DNA from: Limnofasciculus baicalensis BBK-W-15
Lineage (GTDB): Bacteria > Cyanobacteriota > Cyanobacteriia > Cyanobacteriales > Coleofasciculaceae
DNA length: 16,551 bases
Direction of reading: 5' to 3'
NCBI RefSeq assembly: GCF_024178385.1
Contig: NZ_JAMZMM010000114.1
Coordinates: 1 to 16,551, forward strand
The notes under the pieces are model-generated. The model was not told where the DNA came from. It made no database searches and saw only the letters and a list, made by a program, of their open reading frames with translations. Below are positions 1 through 7,990 of this stretch, one piece after another. The translations under genes were made by a program, and so were the position numbers. Numbering within the stretch: the stretch's first letter is position 1; each line of letters starts with the position of its first letter.

Positions 1-42
1 CAAAGGAACCTCTTGATTTGCTCTCATAAATTGAACAAACTC

Positions 43-555
43 CTATACCACCTGTAATTTACTAAAAGCAGGTTTAATAAACTCGTCCTTATCCTCTAAA
101 CTAATATAACCCAGATTAACAGCTAAATCCATTAATTCAGTTAAAAACCGTTTTAACTCATCTAGAACTTCTTGTCTATTTAGCATAACTAATTTTTCCT
201 CTGTTGAATAACCAAACTCTCTTAAATAACATTTAATTTCATTGCCAACAGGTACGAGTTTAATAATTAACCAATAACTTTCAGCAAAATCTAAGCGAAT
301 TGTTTTCCCTTGTTCTAATTCTCTTATTTGTTCATTAAATCTATCTTCTAATAACATGCAAATATCAGGATCTAAAAAAACATTAAACCTTGTTTCTCCT
401 ACTTGAAAAATTACCTTACTATCCCATTCATAGCAAAACTTTCTTAACCCTAATTCAAAATCTGATAATTCCCCTAAAGGATCGTCAGGTGGATCCGCAA
501 AATTTTCTAAATTTCTCTCAGCTAATTTTATTTTAAACTGCTCTATTTTAGTCAT
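43..555 (-). CDS. Hypothetical acidic protein (170 aa) with no recognisable domain. The gene is markedly AT-rich compared with its neighbours.
   Basis: Uninterrupted 170-codon ORF with an ATG start. It is divergent from the PP2C gene across a 226-bp intergenic spacer. Local GC looks near 30% against roughly 42-45% elsewhere, and the ORF contains no HIP1 site. Confidence 0.5.
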   Translation of the reverse strand: MTKIEQFKIKLAERNLENFADPPDDPLGELSDFELGLRKFCYEWDSKVIFQVGETRFNVFLDPDICMLLEDRFNEQIRELEQGKTIRLDFAESYWLIIKLVPVGNEIKCYLREFGYSTEEKLVMLNRQEVLDELKRFLTELMDLAVNLGYISLEDKDEFIKPAFSKLQVV

Positions 556-781
556 TTTTACCTCCGTAGCCTAGTACCCTAAAACCTGATACCATATTTG
601 AGTTTAACATAAAATCTTCAGCTCGTTCTTTGGGGTGTGCCCCCTGCGGCGGAGTCAGTGAATGAAAAAAAACTAAATTACCGTAGTATAATCAAAATCA
701 GAGACACCCTCTGAAAAATCACCCAAATATTTGAAAACTCCTTTGCGCCCTTTGCGTTAAAAAAAACTAAAACACCAAACC

Positions 782-1750
782 ATGGAATGCCCAAACTGCG
801 GTACTATAATCCAAATCGGAGATCGCTTTTGTGAAGAATGCGGTACGTCTCTTGTCGCCAAAAATACCACCGGAGGATGTGCTAAGTGTGGTGCGGGTGC
901 GATAGATTCAGAAGGATATTGTTCTAATTGTGGTTTCCGCAGTGAAGTTAGGGAAAGTGACTATGTGGAAGTTAATGTCAATTCTAGTTTAGCTGGAGTT
1001 TGCGATCGCGGATTGAAGCGTCACCGGAATGAAGATTATCTGGCTTGTGCTAAAATTGATGGTAAAAATATTTATGTTTTAGTGGTTTGTGATGGGGTTT
1101 CTAGTTCTCAGTCACCGGAGTTAGCGGCTAAAGCTGCTGCTGAGATTGCTTGTCAATCCCTAACTACAGGAGGGGTAGTGGATGTGGCAGCGATGAAAGA
1201 TGCGATCGCATCTGCTTTATTATCTGTATGTAAGATTCCTTATAATAATAGATCCGACGATCCACCATCCACTACTATTGTAGCTGCGATCGCTTCGTTA
1301 GTAGTAGGCGCTTCAGCGCCCTCCCTACCAAAACTCACTGCTACAATTGGCTGGATGGGAGATAGTCGCGCTTATTGGATTTCTCCATCTACTTCCCGAC
1401 AACTGACTGCGGATCATTCTTGGTTAAATGATGTGGTTTCATCAGGAAAAATGACGGCAGCAGAGGCGAAATTATCACCCAATGCCCATGCAATTAGTCG
1501 TTGGGTAGGGGCGGATATTCCGGATGATCTGGAACCTTCTATTATTCAGTTTAATAGTTCTGAGTCGGGATGTCTATTGTTGTGTACGGATGGATTATGG
1601 AATTATGCGCCACAAGCTGAACAAATTGCTGCTCTTGTTCAATCTACAATAGATATAGATGCCCTTGGGGTGTCGCGTCGGTTGGTGGATTTTGCTAGGG
1701 GGAAGGGGGGGAATGATAATATTACAGTGGCGGTTTTGTCTGTGGCATAA
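782..1750 (+). CDS. PP2C-family Ser/Thr protein phosphatase with an N-terminal double zinc ribbon.
   Basis: N-terminus carries the CxxC pairs CPNCG, CEECG, CAKCG and CSNCG. PP2C motifs follow: VCDGVSSSQ (metal-binding Asp), CTDGLWNY and GGNDNITVAV near the C-terminus. ATG start at 782. Confidence 0.92.
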   Translation: MECPNCGTIIQIGDRFCEECGTSLVAKNTTGGCAKCGAGAIDSEGYCSNCGFRSEVRESDYVEVNVNSSLAGVCDRGLKRHRNEDYLACAKIDGKNIYVLVVCDGVSSSQSPELAAKAAAEIACQSLTTGGVVDVAAMKDAIASALLSVCKIPYNNRSDDPPSTTIVAAIASLVVGASAPSLPKLTATIGWMGDSRAYWISPSTSRQLTADHSWLNDVVSSGKMTAAEAKLSPNAHAISRWVGADIPDDLEPSIIQFNSSESGCLLLCTDGLWNYAPQAEQIAALVQSTIDIDALGVSRRLVDFARGKGGNDNITVAVLSVA

Positions 1751-2201
1751 CAATATATTTCTGAATTATAATAGTGGAGAAATGAAGGAGAATGGGGGAG
1801 TAATACCGAATTTATTGGTGTTAAAAAAAAACCATATTTTCACTATCAAAAACCCCATGTCCACCCAATTCAAAGCCGAAGTATTCCAAAACTAATACCT
1901 ACCCCAAGGAGCAAAAGAAGTCCATGCGATTATGACAGTTTCCGTTCGCATTTCTAAGTCTAGCTAATTTTAGTTTTCCCAACTGAGTAATGTTTTTTCT
2001 AAAATGTCCTACTCCCTTTCCCCTGTGAAAATAGTGAATTATTTAAACACTAAGACACTAAGGAAGGGAAATGATATTCTTGGCTAAATCGCTTTCGGGC
2101 TGGAGAAGAGATGATACTGTATTAAAGTAGATCGGAATAGGGTATAAAAACGGCAAAAGGTTATTAGCCCCCCTTTGGATTATTCTACCACGATCGCTGA
2201 A

Positions 2202-2756
2202 ATGACGCAAATTCGTAAATTGTTGAGAATTATTTTTAATAATTTCAACGAAGTTAAGGAATCAGATTATTGTTCGGAATGTGGTGTAAAAATTCAGGGT
2301 GGAGTTGAACTACCATTAGGAAATAATTCGCTAATATCAACAGTGCTGCAAACAGATAATTTTGTCATCACTTGCCCCGATTGTACGGCAATACACGAAC
2401 CCGATAGCGATGATGCAATCTCTCAGGGTTTTCAAGATCTAGATGGCTTTGAAATCAGTACTCCAGTTGTCGCTGTTGCTATCTCTTTGTTGACATTATT
2501 TGGATTGATGCCACGGATTAAGGAGTATTCGGAATATTTTTTTTTAACACAGAGGTACACAGAGGGCAACACAGAGGTACACAGAGGTACACAGAGAATA
2601 AGACAGAGGTATCCAGAGGGTTTTCGGGATAAATTCGTTTTTACTCAATATCTAATTCTAAATACTGAGGAGGTACAGAAGAAACTAACCAAACTCCATT
2701 ATCAGAACAATAAAATGTATAACCATCTCTCTGCATCGCCATCGCATTTACTCTAA
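2202..2756 (+). CDS. Doubtful small zinc-ribbon protein (CSECG...CPDC) with one predicted TM helix. Its 3' third runs through a tandem repeat and overlaps kptA.
   Basis: The ORF track starts at TTG 2175, and the first ATG is at 2202. A CxxC...CxxC zinc ribbon and the hydrophobic stretch TPVVAVAISLLTLFGLM are present. The last ~60 codons translate the CACAGAGGTA decamer array and overlap the convergent kptA 3' end by 116 bp, so the true 3' end is uncertain. Confidence 0.35.
   Translation: MTQIRKLLRIIFNNFNEVKESDYCSECGVKIQGGVELPLGNNSLISTVLQTDNFVITCPDCTAIHEPDSDDAISQGFQDLDGFEISTPVVAVAISLLTLFGLMPRIKEYSEYFFLTQRYTEGNTEVHRGTQRIRQRYPEGFRDKFVFTQYLILNTEEVQKKLTKLHYQNNKMYNHLSASPSHLL
2538..2620. repeat. 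Left terminal inverted repeat (T9-AA-CACAGAGGTACACAGAGG) followed by a degenerate tandem array of a ~10-bp unit CACAGAGGTA.
   Basis: Read directly from the sequence: tttttttttaa cacagaggta cacagagggcaa cacagaggta cacagaggta cacagagaataaga cagaggtatc cagaggg. Its reverse complement recurs at 3235..3285. Confidence 0.8.
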
Positions 2757-3192
2757 ATATTACAGGAAGACCATGCCTTGCGCCAACCTTTTTCGCAGTC
2801 CCCATATCGCCAGATAAATGGACATGATGGCGGGACATTTTCCGCAAACCCTCCCGCAAAATTGACTTTACCGCCTTATTTCCCGTACCATGATAAAGTA
2901 CATCTGGCGGAATCGCAGCTTCCAACTGCAAATCAATCTCTACACTATGCCCTTGATTAGCCCGAATTCTAGTACCAGTATCATCAAAAGAAAACCGTTG
3001 TTTATCATTATGGGCAACAACTTCCTTTAACTCAGTACGACTAAGAGCAAAAGAATCCCGTCTACAAGCATCCAATAATTCATCCACATCAACCCACCCC
3101 CCAGGCGCAAGCGTTAAACCAATTTTATCAGGATGATGCCGCAAATGATAACTCAAATACTTACTAATTTTAACCAGTCGAGAATCCTTCAT
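2641..3192 (-). CDS. kptA: RNA 2'-phosphotransferase (Tpt1/KptA family).
   Basis: 183 aa. Motifs match E. coli KptA closely: SKYLSYHLRHHPDKIGL, GGWVDVDELL, KQRFSFDD, IRANQGHS, LYHGT and HVHLS. Confidence 0.92.
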   Translation of the reverse strand: MKDSRLVKISKYLSYHLRHHPDKIGLTLAPGGWVDVDELLDACRRDSFALSRTELKEVVAHNDKQRFSFDDTGTRIRANQGHSVEIDLQLEAAIPPDVLYHGTGNKAVKSILREGLRKMSRHHVHLSGDMGTAKKVGARHGLPVIFRVNAMAMQRDGYTFYCSDNGVWLVSSVPPQYLELDIE

Positions 3193-3234
3193 ATTTGGTT
3201 ATTAGTTATTTGTTTAGAAAAATACTTCTCAAAA

Positions 3235-3285
3235 CCCTCTGCGTACCTCTGTGCCAACCTCTGCGTACCTCTGTGTTAAAAAAAA
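3235..3285. repeat. Right terminal inverted repeat plus array, the reverse complement of the 2538..2620 array, ending ...CCTCTGTG-TTAAAAAAAA.
   Basis: The reverse complement of 3258..3285 is ttttttttaacacagaggtacGcagagg, against ttttttttaacacagaggtacAcagagg at 2538..2565: 27 of 28 positions match. It lies between the xseA stop and the kptA start. Confidence 0.8.
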
Positions 3286-3317
3286 TCCCCATTATCATCC
3301 CCATAACCTCAATATCA

Positions 3318-4550
3318 TCAATCAACAATCTCCACCACTTTAACCATAACCTCCCCCTCCCCAAGCTTAACTTGTAACTCCTCCCCCACAACCAACCCAG
3401 ATACCGATCGCAAAATTGTACCATCATTCCCTCTAACTACCGCATAACCCCGTTTCAACACATTATTCGGATCGAGTGTTGCTAACTTTTGCCGCAGAAA
3501 TTCACACTCCTGATGCCCTTGACTTAAACGCCTAGATGTGGATTTAATTAACTCCTGCTTCAGGATGGCGATCGCATTTTTCTGTACCTGTAATTTTCTG
3601 TCAAGTGGTAGCGGTTGCAATCGCTCTTTCAGATAATCTAACCGATGGCGATATTTTCCTAAAACCTCCATTACCCCCTGAGAAAGAGCGCGTTTTCGCT
3701 CCTGATGTTGGGCAATCAAAGTACTTAATTCTGGCACGGCTGTTGCGGCTACAGCGGTGGGAGTATGTACGGAAACATCTGCGGCTAAATCTGCCAAAGA
3801 CTCATCTCTTTCATGCCCAATGCCTGTGAGTACCGGAATGGAGCAATTTGCGATCGCTCTCACCACCCGTTCATCATTAAAACAAGCCAAATCCTCCGTT
3901 GCACCACCGCCTCGTGATATTATTAATAATTGCGCTCTCCCATCCCTTTCAACTCGCTCAATTGCTTTAACTATTGATTCTGGTGCTGTTTCTCCCTGTA
4001 CTTGGGCAGGTGATAATAAAACTTTTAATCCCGGATATCGATAGTATAGAGTCTGTTGAATATCGCCCCAAGCTGCTGCTTGAGGTGAAGTAACAACTGC
4101 TATAATTTGGGGATTAATTGGTAAATTACGCTTACGTTGCGCCGCAAATAATCCTTCTGCTGCTAATTGATTCCGAAGTTGATTGTAGCGTAATGATTGG
4201 AAGCCCTCACCTCCTGGTAAAGCCTGCCAAACTGCTATTTGATATTCTCCTCGTTGCGGATAAATCCGGATACTACCTAAAACAATAAGTTGTTCTCCTG
4301 ACTGTGGTAACTGGACTAATTTACTAATTTGACTTTGCCAGACTACACATTTAATTGATGCTTTCGTATTGGGATCTTGGAGGGTAAAAAATATACCGCT
4401 GCGATGTTTAGATGTACTGGAAACTTCTCCAATTACCCAAGCCCGGCGGAGTTGCTCGTCTTCTTCTAATAATTCTTGAATATAGTCGGTTAAACTGGCA
4501 ACTGATAGAGTTGTTTCTAGTATCTGAGTAGAGGAAGTTGATGAATTCAT
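3318..4550 (-). CDS. xseA: Exodeoxyribonuclease VII large subunit.
   Basis: 410 aa. N-terminal OB-fold region (WVIGEVSS...GIFFTLQD) and the catalytic core motif ISRGGGATEDLACFNDERVVRAIANCSIPVLTGIGHERD, both typical of XseA. Confidence 0.93.
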   Translation of the reverse strand: MNSSTSSTQILETTLSVASLTDYIQELLEEDEQLRRAWVIGEVSSTSKHRSGIFFTLQDPNTKASIKCVVWQSQISKLVQLPQSGEQLIVLGSIRIYPQRGEYQIAVWQALPGGEGFQSLRYNQLRNQLAAEGLFAAQRKRNLPINPQIIAVVTSPQAAAWGDIQQTLYYRYPGLKVLLSPAQVQGETAPESIVKAIERVERDGRAQLLIISRGGGATEDLACFNDERVVRAIANCSIPVLTGIGHERDESLADLAADVSVHTPTAVAATAVPELSTLIAQHQERKRALSQGVMEVLGKYRHRLDYLKERLQPLPLDRKLQVQKNAIAILKQELIKSTSRRLSQGHQECEFLRQKLATLDPNNVLKRGYAVVRGNDGTILRSVSGLVVGEELQVKLGEGEVMVKVVEIVD

Positions 4551-4556
4551 TATACC

Positions 4557-4772
4557 TTACGATTTTATCTGTGACCTTTGAGGATGATTCTTTGATCGGG
4601 GAATTAGAATTTCCTCCAGAGTATCAATATAACAATTATATCCTGAATTTCTGTAAGAAACAAAGACAACCTTCTCAACAGAAGTATCTTGCTCCAAAAA
4701 TGCCCTCACTTCAGTCACAGTGATTCTCGCTCCTCTCTCTATCAGAAAGTTCAATAACTTCCATTCTTTCAC
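4557..4772 (-). CDS. Small hypothetical protein (71 aa) immediately upstream of xseA. It is not XseB-like.
   Basis: ORF ends 6 bp before the xseA start, is AT-rich and matches no recognisable family. It could be a leader/5'UTR artefact. Confidence 0.25.
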   Translation of the reverse strand: MKEWKLLNFLIERGARITVTEVRAFLEQDTSVEKVVFVSYRNSGYNCYIDTLEEILIPRSKNHPQRSQIKS

Positions 4773-4947
4773 GCATTAACTTATTCTTCATCCTATAGTC
4801 ATCCATCCTAGCGATGCCCTATAATAGTCTTGATGCGCTCGGCGCTACCGAATCGCACTAGGCGGTGCGATCGCAATATTAGTCGAGTTGGGCAGGCAAG
4901 AGGTAAAGTGAGGGAGACCACACAGTCCCGTTCCTCTCTCAATCATT

Positions 4948-4956
4948 TGTTACAAT
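4948..4956 (+). promoter_or_regulatory. Extended -10 element (TGtTACAAT), a candidate recA promoter.
   Basis: TG at 4948-4949 and TACAAT at 4951-4956, about 70-90 bp upstream of the recA start codons. Confidence 0.4.
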
Positions 4957-4995
4957 ACTCAGCCCCACAGTCATTCACCGAAGTCAGCGCTAAAA

Positions 4996-5011
4996 TAGAA
5001 CAGATGATCCA
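4996..5011 (+). promoter_or_regulatory. Putative cyanobacterial LexA box with one perfect half-site.
   Basis: TAGAACAGATGATCCA. The left half TAGAACA equals the reverse complement of the TGTTCTA half of the Anabaena recA box and of the consensus RGTACNNNDGTWCB. The other half, GATCC, is imperfect against GTACY. Confidence 0.3.
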
Positions 5012-5025
5012 CTCTGATTCCCAAA

Positions 5026-6123
5026 ATGGCTCCTAAAACATCCATGGCTACCCCAATCACGAACAGCCCTGAAAAGGAAAAAGCCCTAAACTTGGTGCTA
5101 ACCCAAATAGAGCGGACCTTTGGCAAAGGTTCCATCATGCGCTTGGGCGATGCTACCCGCATGAGAGTAGAAACCATCTCCAGCGGCGCAATTACCCTGG
5201 ATTTAGCCTTGGGCGGTGGTTTACCAAAAGGGCGCGTGATTGAGATTTACGGACCTGAAAGTTCTGGTAAAACAACTCTCGCCTTACATGCAGTAGCAGA
5301 AGTCCAGAAAAATGGTGGGGTGGCGGCGTTTGTAGATGCCGAACACGCCCTCGATCCCACTTACTCTGCTGCTTTGGGGGTTGATATTGCCAACCTCTTA
5401 GTTTCTCAACCCGATAACGGCGAGTCGGCGCTAGAAATAGTAGATCAGCTAGTCCGCTCTTCAGCAGTAGATATTGTCGTAATTGACTCAGTAGCCGCCT
5501 TAGTTCCTCGTGCCGAAATCGAAGGCGAAATGGGCGATACTCAGGTAGGTTTGCAAGCGCGTCTGATGAGCAAAGCGCTCCGTAAAATTGCCGGGAATAT
5601 TGGTCGCTCCGGCTGTACTGTCATTTTCCTCAACCAGTTGCGCCAAAAAATCGGTGTTACTTACGGTTCACCAGAAGTGACAACAGGCGGTAATGCGCTA
5701 AAGTTTTATGCGTCAGTTCGTCTGGATATTCGTCGAATTCAAACTCTCAAAAAAGGCAATGAAGGCGAATACGGAATCCGCGCCAAAGTCAAGGTTGCCA
5801 AGAATAAAGTTGCTCCGCCTTTCCGCATTGCTGAGTTTGATATTATCTTTGGACAAGGAATTTCTAGTTTGGGGTGTTTAGTTGACTTAGCTGAACAAAC
5901 TGGAGTAATTGTCCGTAAGGGAGCTTGGTACAGCTACAACGGAGAAAATATTGGTCAAGGTCGCGATAATACAATGAAGTATCTGGAAGATAAATCGGAA
6001 ATTGTTGATATTATCGATAAACAAGTGCGGGAGAAACTAGAGATGGGCGCTGTAGTTTCTGCTAATTCAGTTAATCCTGTTGATATTGAGGAGGAAGAGG
6101 AAATTGTTGATGATGATATGTAA
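5026..6123 (+). CDS. recA: Recombinase RecA.
   Basis: Near-identical to Anabaena/Nostoc RecA across the protein. Walker A is GPESSGKTT; other blocks include [37 protein letters not shown] and [15 protein letters not shown], followed by an acidic C-terminal tail. The in-frame ATG at 5044 ([15 protein letters not shown]...) aligns better with Anabaena RecA and may be the true start. Confidence 0.97.
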   Translation: MAPKTSMATPITNSPEKEKALNLVLTQIERTFGKGSIMRLGDATRMRVETISSGAITLDLALGGGLPKGRVIEIYGPESSGKTTLALHAVAEVQKNGGVAAFVDAEHALDPTYSAALGVDIANLLVSQPDNGESALEIVDQLVRSSAVDIVVIDSVAALVPRAEIEGEMGDTQVGLQARLMSKALRKIAGNIGRSGCTVIFLNQLRQKIGVTYGSPEVTTGGNALKFYASVRLDIRRIQTLKKGNEGEYGIRAKVKVAKNKVAPPFRIAEFDIIFGQGISSLGCLVDLAEQTGVIVRKGAWYSYNGENIGQGRDNTMKYLEDKSEIVDIIDKQVREKLEMGAVVSANSVNPVDIEEEEEIVDDDM

Positions 6124-6163
6124 TTTAGAGGTCATACCGAGTTTCCTTCAAACATAGAATGTA

Positions 6164-6206
6164 GAGCGGGTGTCCTGTCTGTCAGCGGCATAGGGGATCC
6201 CCGCTC
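6164..6206 (+). terminator. Imperfect hairpin containing the perfect palindrome GGGGATCCCC, downstream of recA. Possible terminator.
   Basis: gagcggg...ggggatcccc...cccgctc, 40 bp after the recA stop. There is no U-tract, but cyanobacterial terminators often lack one. Confidence 0.3.
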
Positions 6207-6271
6207 AATTATACTACCTGAGTATGCGCTTCGCGCAGGCTACGCCAACGGTGTTCGGTGCCCTCTCAATA

Positions 6272-6326
6272 CTTCATCCTTCATCCTTCATCCTTTACCC
6301 TTCATCCTTCACCCTTCATCCTTTTA
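6272..6326. repeat. STRR-like heptamer tandem repeat, (CCTTCAT) in about 7.5 copies.
   Basis: cttcat ccttcat ccttcat cctttac ccttcat ccttcac ccttcat cctttt. The stop codon and last codons of the FHA gene (minus strand) fall inside the repeat. Confidence 0.85.
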
Positions 6327-7107
6327 TTGACAGATTTTCTGACTTTTGGAGACTAAAAAATCGATCTAAGATTTCCCCTCGCGCCACAGAGTTTAACTCA
6401 GGAATAGAAAAATCACTGATGCCTCTAGCTGGCGTTGCCATCGCATCCTTAAATTCTGATAAATCTTCTAAAAACCGTGAAGTTCCCTGTCGGGAATCAG
6501 TATGTTTGGGGACTGAGAGTGGATCGAATTTTGGCTGTTGTGCGGGTGATTGAGGTATGCTGGGCTTTACCGATGGGGGCGAGACTGTTGCCTCTTTAAG
6601 TTTGGTGAGGATTGCCGGAGGCACTTGATCTAAAATCTGAGTATCTTGGGATATGAAAAAGGAAAAAGCCAGATTACTCAGTCTAATGCGATCGCCATCT
6701 TTGAGCCGCATTCTGCCATGTACGGGTTCCCCATTGAGGAAGGAACCATTGGTGCTGCGCAAATCGACTAGAGAAAATCCTCGCTCGGGAATGTACTGAA
6801 TTACCGCGTGATAACGAGACAAATGGGGATCGGGAATAGATATTGCCACTTGGCGATCGCGACCAATTGACCAAAGTCCTTGAGGCTGAAGGAGAATCTT
6901 GGTTTTCCCCCCTGCGAGGTTAGTCACCAGATAGGGTTGTTCGCCTTCAATCACCCCTGTCATATAATGAATAGTGCGACTAGCAAAGGTTTTATGACCT
7001 GTTCTCTCCAACTGAAGGATCTCATCCAACAGGCTGCGATGATACTGATAAAGCTTCAGAAAGATTTGGTATAAACCGAGTCGCTGTTCTATTTCCATAT
7101 TAAACAT
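6316..7107 (-). CDS. FHA-domain protein with a Pro/Ser-rich C-terminal tail.
   Basis: FHA signature WSIGRDRQVAISIPDPHLSRYHAVIQY...LVDLRSTNGSFLNGEPV...LKDGDRIRLS. The C-terminus is low-complexity (PPSVKPSIPQSPAQQPK). Confidence 0.85.
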   Translation of the reverse strand: MFNMEIEQRLGLYQIFLKLYQYHRSLLDEILQLERTGHKTFASRTIHYMTGVIEGEQPYLVTNLAGGKTKILLQPQGLWSIGRDRQVAISIPDPHLSRYHAVIQYIPERGFSLVDLRSTNGSFLNGEPVHGRMRLKDGDRIRLSNLAFSFFISQDTQILDQVPPAILTKLKEATVSPPSVKPSIPQSPAQQPKFDPLSVPKHTDSRQGTSRFLEDLSEFKDAMATPARGISDFSIPELNSVARGEILDRFFSLQKSENLSIKG

Positions 7108-7287
7108 GTGGTAAGGGGACGCTCGTTATATCGATACTCCGATTAAGGAGAGTTGAAAATCTTAACCATCGATTAAACTGTGACTCATTTAAGGAAGCAT
7201 ACCTCGACACCGCTCAAAGAAAGCTAGACAAAGTTACCTCCAAGAATTTTAATATCCAATTTAGATGCGCAGGAGCTTACCTACTCC

Positions 7288-7578
7288 CTATTCCCCTCTT
7301 TGTTCCAGCCGCAATAACCAAACCATCAAAGCCACAATCCCAATTTGCAATCCCAGGTTGGGAATGGCTGTAGCAACTTCTTGACCAGCAGCTAAATCAG
7401 TTAAGAATATTACTACACCAATGAAACCAGATGCACCGAAGGCCACATAAATAAATTTTCTCAATCCCCGATAGGGAGCTTTCGCCTCAGCTCTCAATCT
7501 GGCATATTTTTCCGGGCTGAGGCGCAGAGGGTTGATTTTAGGCTTGGGCGGGGGATTTTTTGAGGTTGAGTTGGTCAT
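7288..7578 (-). CDS. Small membrane protein (96 aa) with a basic N-terminus and two predicted TM helices.
   Basis: ORF reads LSPEKYARLRAEAKAPYRGLRK, followed by two hydrophobic helices (FIYVAFGASGFIGVVIFL and LGLQIGIVALMVWLL). Confidence 0.6.
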   Translation of the reverse strand: MTNSTSKNPPPKPKINPLRLSPEKYARLRAEAKAPYRGLRKFIYVAFGASGFIGVVIFLTDLAAGQEVATAIPNLGLQIGIVALMVWLLRLEQRGE

Positions 7579-7683
7579 TTTTTGATTGACTGGGTTGGTT
7601 ACTCATAAAAACACCTCCGTCGTTGGAAACTCTGTGTCTACCCTGCGGGAAGCAAGCTATAGACCAGAGAGGAAAACGCGGCA

Positions 7684-7755
7684 GCGGTTTTAACCGCCTA
7701 CCCCGTAAAGGGTGGAGGGGTATGGTTGCCCCTCCGTGGAGATATGGTTGTCTCC
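7684..7755. other. Three consecutive hairpins; the last two share the loop TATGGTTG.
   Basis: gcggtt-tt-aaccgc; ggagggg-TATGGTTG-cccctcc (7714-7735); ggaga-TATGGTTG-tctcc (7738-7755). Confidence 0.6.
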
Positions 7756-7942
7756 AGTCTCTTTCGAGTAAAGTTAGCTTTGCCAATGTTATCGGTCGGT
7801 AACTATCCAAAAAGCACTGGTTTAACCCGTTACGCCTGTTTAACTTTTCGGTTCTAGAGCAAGGGACTAGCTTCGCATCCCCTGGTAGGTTCTTGAACAC
7901 TTGCCGATAACGTAGTCCGCAAGAGACTGAGGCTGGTCAACT

Positions 7943-7990
7943 TCCGGGCTTCAGCTTTTTTGCTGGAAGCCCCGTGTCTTTAGACAGGGG
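7943..7990. repeat. Two abutting hairpins. The second is a dispersed repeat, ccccgtgtctttagacNgggg (copy 1).
   Basis: Hairpin 1 is gggcttcagc-tttttt-gctggaagccc. Hairpin 2 (7970-7990) is ccccgtgtc-ttta-gacagggg, and is repeated at 8307-8327. Confidence 0.7.

Noticed and set aside
1659-1895. 78-aa ORF overlapping the 3' end of the PP2C gene.
   Set aside because: It is a different frame of the strongly supported PP2C C-terminus and has no features of its own.
2547-3275. CRISPR-like arrays (tandem CACAGAGGTA units).
   Set aside because: The units are about 10 bp with no unique spacers and occur as two inverted copies flanking a gene. This is not CRISPR architecture.
2778-4044. Plus-strand ORFs of 60-95 aa (2778-2960, 3195-3377, 3605-3829, 3757-4044), together with the minus-strand ORF 3206-3427.
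   Set aside because: All overlap the well-supported kptA or xseA coding sequences, mostly antisense, or run through the inverted-repeat array.
4557-4772. xseB (the ExoVII small subunit) immediately upstream of xseA.
   Set aside because: The 71-aa sequence is not the helical coiled-coil XseB type (no ...ALxELExIVxxLE... pattern), and xseB normally lies downstream of xseA.
4538-5177. ORFs 4538-4723 (+), 4830-5036 (+) and 4971-5177 (-).
   Set aside because: They overlap the recA promoter or recA start region, or lie antisense to the small ORF, and have no coding signal.
6224-6553. 109-aa plus-strand ORF.
   Set aside because: It is translated through the CCTTCAT STRR (giving HPSSFILYPSSFTLHPF) and is antisense to the FHA gene.
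6683-7074. ORFs 6683-6874 (-) and 6880-7074 (+).
   Set aside because: They are nested in alternative frames of the FHA-domain gene.
7538-7900. 120-aa minus-strand ORF across the hairpin-rich non-coding region.
   Set aside because: It is Arg/Pro-rich with low complexity, overlaps the start of the 7288-7578 gene and is translated through palindromic hairpins. It is most likely a chance frame.
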